Source: an uncultured Nitrospiraceae bacterium (GTDB lineage: Bacteria > Nitrospirota > Thermodesulfovibrionia > Thermodesulfovibrionales > Dissulfurispiraceae). Taken from it: a stretch of 64,000 bases of DNA. Below the pieces are notes generated by a model that saw only the letters and a list, made by a program, of their open reading frames with translations, was not told where the DNA came from and did not search any database. The position numbers were made by a program, and so were the translations under genes. The number at the start of each line of letters is the position of its first letter. Position 1 is the stretch's first letter. The stretch lies in the NCBI GenBank assembly GCA_963705105.1, contig CAVPIW010000011.1, forward strand, positions 24,080 to 88,079, written 5' to 3'. Positions 62,469 to 64,000 of the stretch are shown here, in pieces.

Positions 62469-63422
62469 CTACCTCCGGAATCTCCTGAAGCCCGAGCACT
62501 CGTACACAGCACAGGAATTGCCGTCCAGCACCCTGTCAAGGAGCAGGTTCACCCCGATATTGTCGCTGGCGATATGCCCCGCGAGGACAACATTGACATG
62601 ATGCTTTTCCGCCTCGGTGCGGTGCTCCTCGCTCAGGTGCATGACAAGCATCGTGTTGATGCCGCTCATCGTGATGCTCTGAAAGATCTCCTTTGACCCC
62701 TCCGTTCCTCCCGTCATATCGACAAAAACCTTGCCCACCTTCCGCTTCTTCGATCCAAGGAGCACCCGGGGACCTGCCCCGACTTTTTCGGCATCGCGAT
62801 ACTCCGGGATGTCCCGCAACAAATCGATGAGGTCCTCGAGCGTGTAGGGCTGCTTCTCGGCACAGAGATGCTGAAGATAGGAAGCCACCATGTTGTCCGC
62901 AGGCGTGTGGAGACAGGCGAAGGGCAGATCGAGCAGCCGCGCCGCGTCGACTGCGCGGGAGTGATTGATCGGCATGAGCCGGCGCTCGATTTCCTTGACC
63001 CTTCCTTCCATAAGGTCTTCGGCAATATTGATGGGAACGCCGAACCTGCTCAGGATGTCCGCCTGCATGTACATGACGGAATAGAGAGTCGCATAAGCCC
63101 TGCCCTCGGGATGATGGGAGACGATCAGATCGATCGGGGAACCCCTCTTCCCGAGTGTCTCTGCGAGCAGCACCTCGCCGACCTCGATGTCGATACCCAC
63201 AAGGATATTCGATATTTCCCCGTCGCCGTCACCGTAAAGGATTCTCGAATCGGCATAGGGATTTTCAAGGCTTTCGGGATCGAAGAACTCCTTTTCCTTC
63301 GGCGGCAGATTGGCGAAGTCCTTCTGCCTCTGCTGCAGTTCACGGGCGACGAAGTCGCTCCCCCGCGGGTCGTTTGCAATGCCCGTATCAATGGCCTTTT
63401 TAAAAAATTCCGAGAGTTTCAT
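62469..63422 (-). CDS. NIF3/NGG1p-interacting-factor-like protein
   Basis: NPYADSRI, SHHPEG, HTPADN, DMTGGTEG and AGHIASDNIG. Confidence 0.85.
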   Translation of the reverse strand: MKLSEFFKKAIDTGIANDPRGSDFVARELQQRQKDFANLPPKEKEFFDPESLENPYADSRILYGDGDGEISNILVGIDIEVGEVLLAETLGKRGSPIDLIVSHHPEGRAYATLYSVMYMQADILSRFGVPINIAEDLMEGRVKEIERRLMPINHSRAVDAARLLDLPFACLHTPADNMVASYLQHLCAEKQPYTLEDLIDLLRDIPEYRDAEKVGAGPRVLLGSKKRKVGKVFVDMTGGTEGSKEIFQSITMSGINTMLVMHLSEEHRTEAEKHHVNVVLAGHIASDNIGVNLLLDRVLDGNSCAVYECSGFRRFRR

Positions 63423-63460
63423 GTCATGTCATCCTTTCAATAGACGCTATCACAACCACC

Positions 63461-63797
63461 GGTGTCCAAAATAATCTGACACGAGGATAGGGCATGATTT
63501 CTTCGCAAAATAAACCCTTATCACCCCAATGAGATCTCAGGAAAGACGGGGCGAATGCGCCGAAAAGCATCGGTGCTGCGAAACCTCTGCCTTCCCGTAC
63601 AGACCATTGCAGACCAACGATCGATGCCACCGAGAATGAATTCCTGATTCACCAATAATAAACAATCATGCTCGCTATCAGCGAGGCTTTGAGGCGCTTT
63701 GCACCGTCTTTTCGTGCAAGGCAACCGTGAATTTTGCTTCAGAAACCAAACCCTATCCTCGTTTTCAAGGTCCCGCTGTCAGACTATTTCGGACACG
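63461..63797. repeat. Family D element enclosing modular element E21 (63540-63722)
   Basis: Arms GGTGTCCAAAATAATCTGACA... and ...TGTCAGACTATTTCGGACAC flank a B'+C element. Confidence 0.85.
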
Positions 63798-63825
63798 AGT
63801 GTATCACAACAGACACTTCGAACGT

Positions 63826-64000
63826 TAACCTTATCGTTGCACTACACTTCCGGGAAAGGCGGGGCGTATGCGCCGAAAACCTTGCTGCGGCGACACCATA
63901 ACCATCCGAAAGACGAAGTTTCAACGCGATGGTCGAAAAAGTGAGCTTTGTTACTGACACTCACACTGACACTGTTTTTCAGAGCGTTTCGCCACGCCTT
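63826..64000 (+). repeat. Modular element E22 (B + hexamer module), cut by the window edge
   Basis: TTAACCTTATCGTTGCACTACAC ... CAGAGCGTTTCGCCACGCCTT. Confidence 0.87.

Overview
GC-rich bacterial chromosomal segment made up mostly of housekeeping genes: ftsZ-ftsA-ftsQ-ddl, tsaC, lpxC, tldD, glmU-glmS, two UvrD/PcrA homologues, gatC, panD, xseAB, mutS2, clpC, pyrRBC, leuC, rho, selD, dnaG-rpoD and tRNA-Ile(CAU). Gene content suggests a Nitrospirota/Desulfobacterota-like anaerobe, which is an inference. The main signal is in the intergenic DNA. About 22 loci carry a modular, nested family of palindromic elements with conserved ends (TAAC-N6-GTTGCAT...AAAGGCGGGG), interchangeable internal modules, a 168-bp hairpin module showing covariation, and hexamer/heptamer tracts. 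Two further repeat families are present, one of which encloses a copy of the first. No transposase or recombinase is encoded in the window. Other notable items are a cluster of secreted proteins sharing a ~140-aa C-terminal domain, a PcrA with degenerate catalytic motifs, a selenocysteine-containing SelD, a 25-aa Lys-rich ORF missed by the ORF track, a sigma54 promoter at lpxC and several probable leaderless genes. All alignments and counts were done by eye, so element boundaries are approximate.
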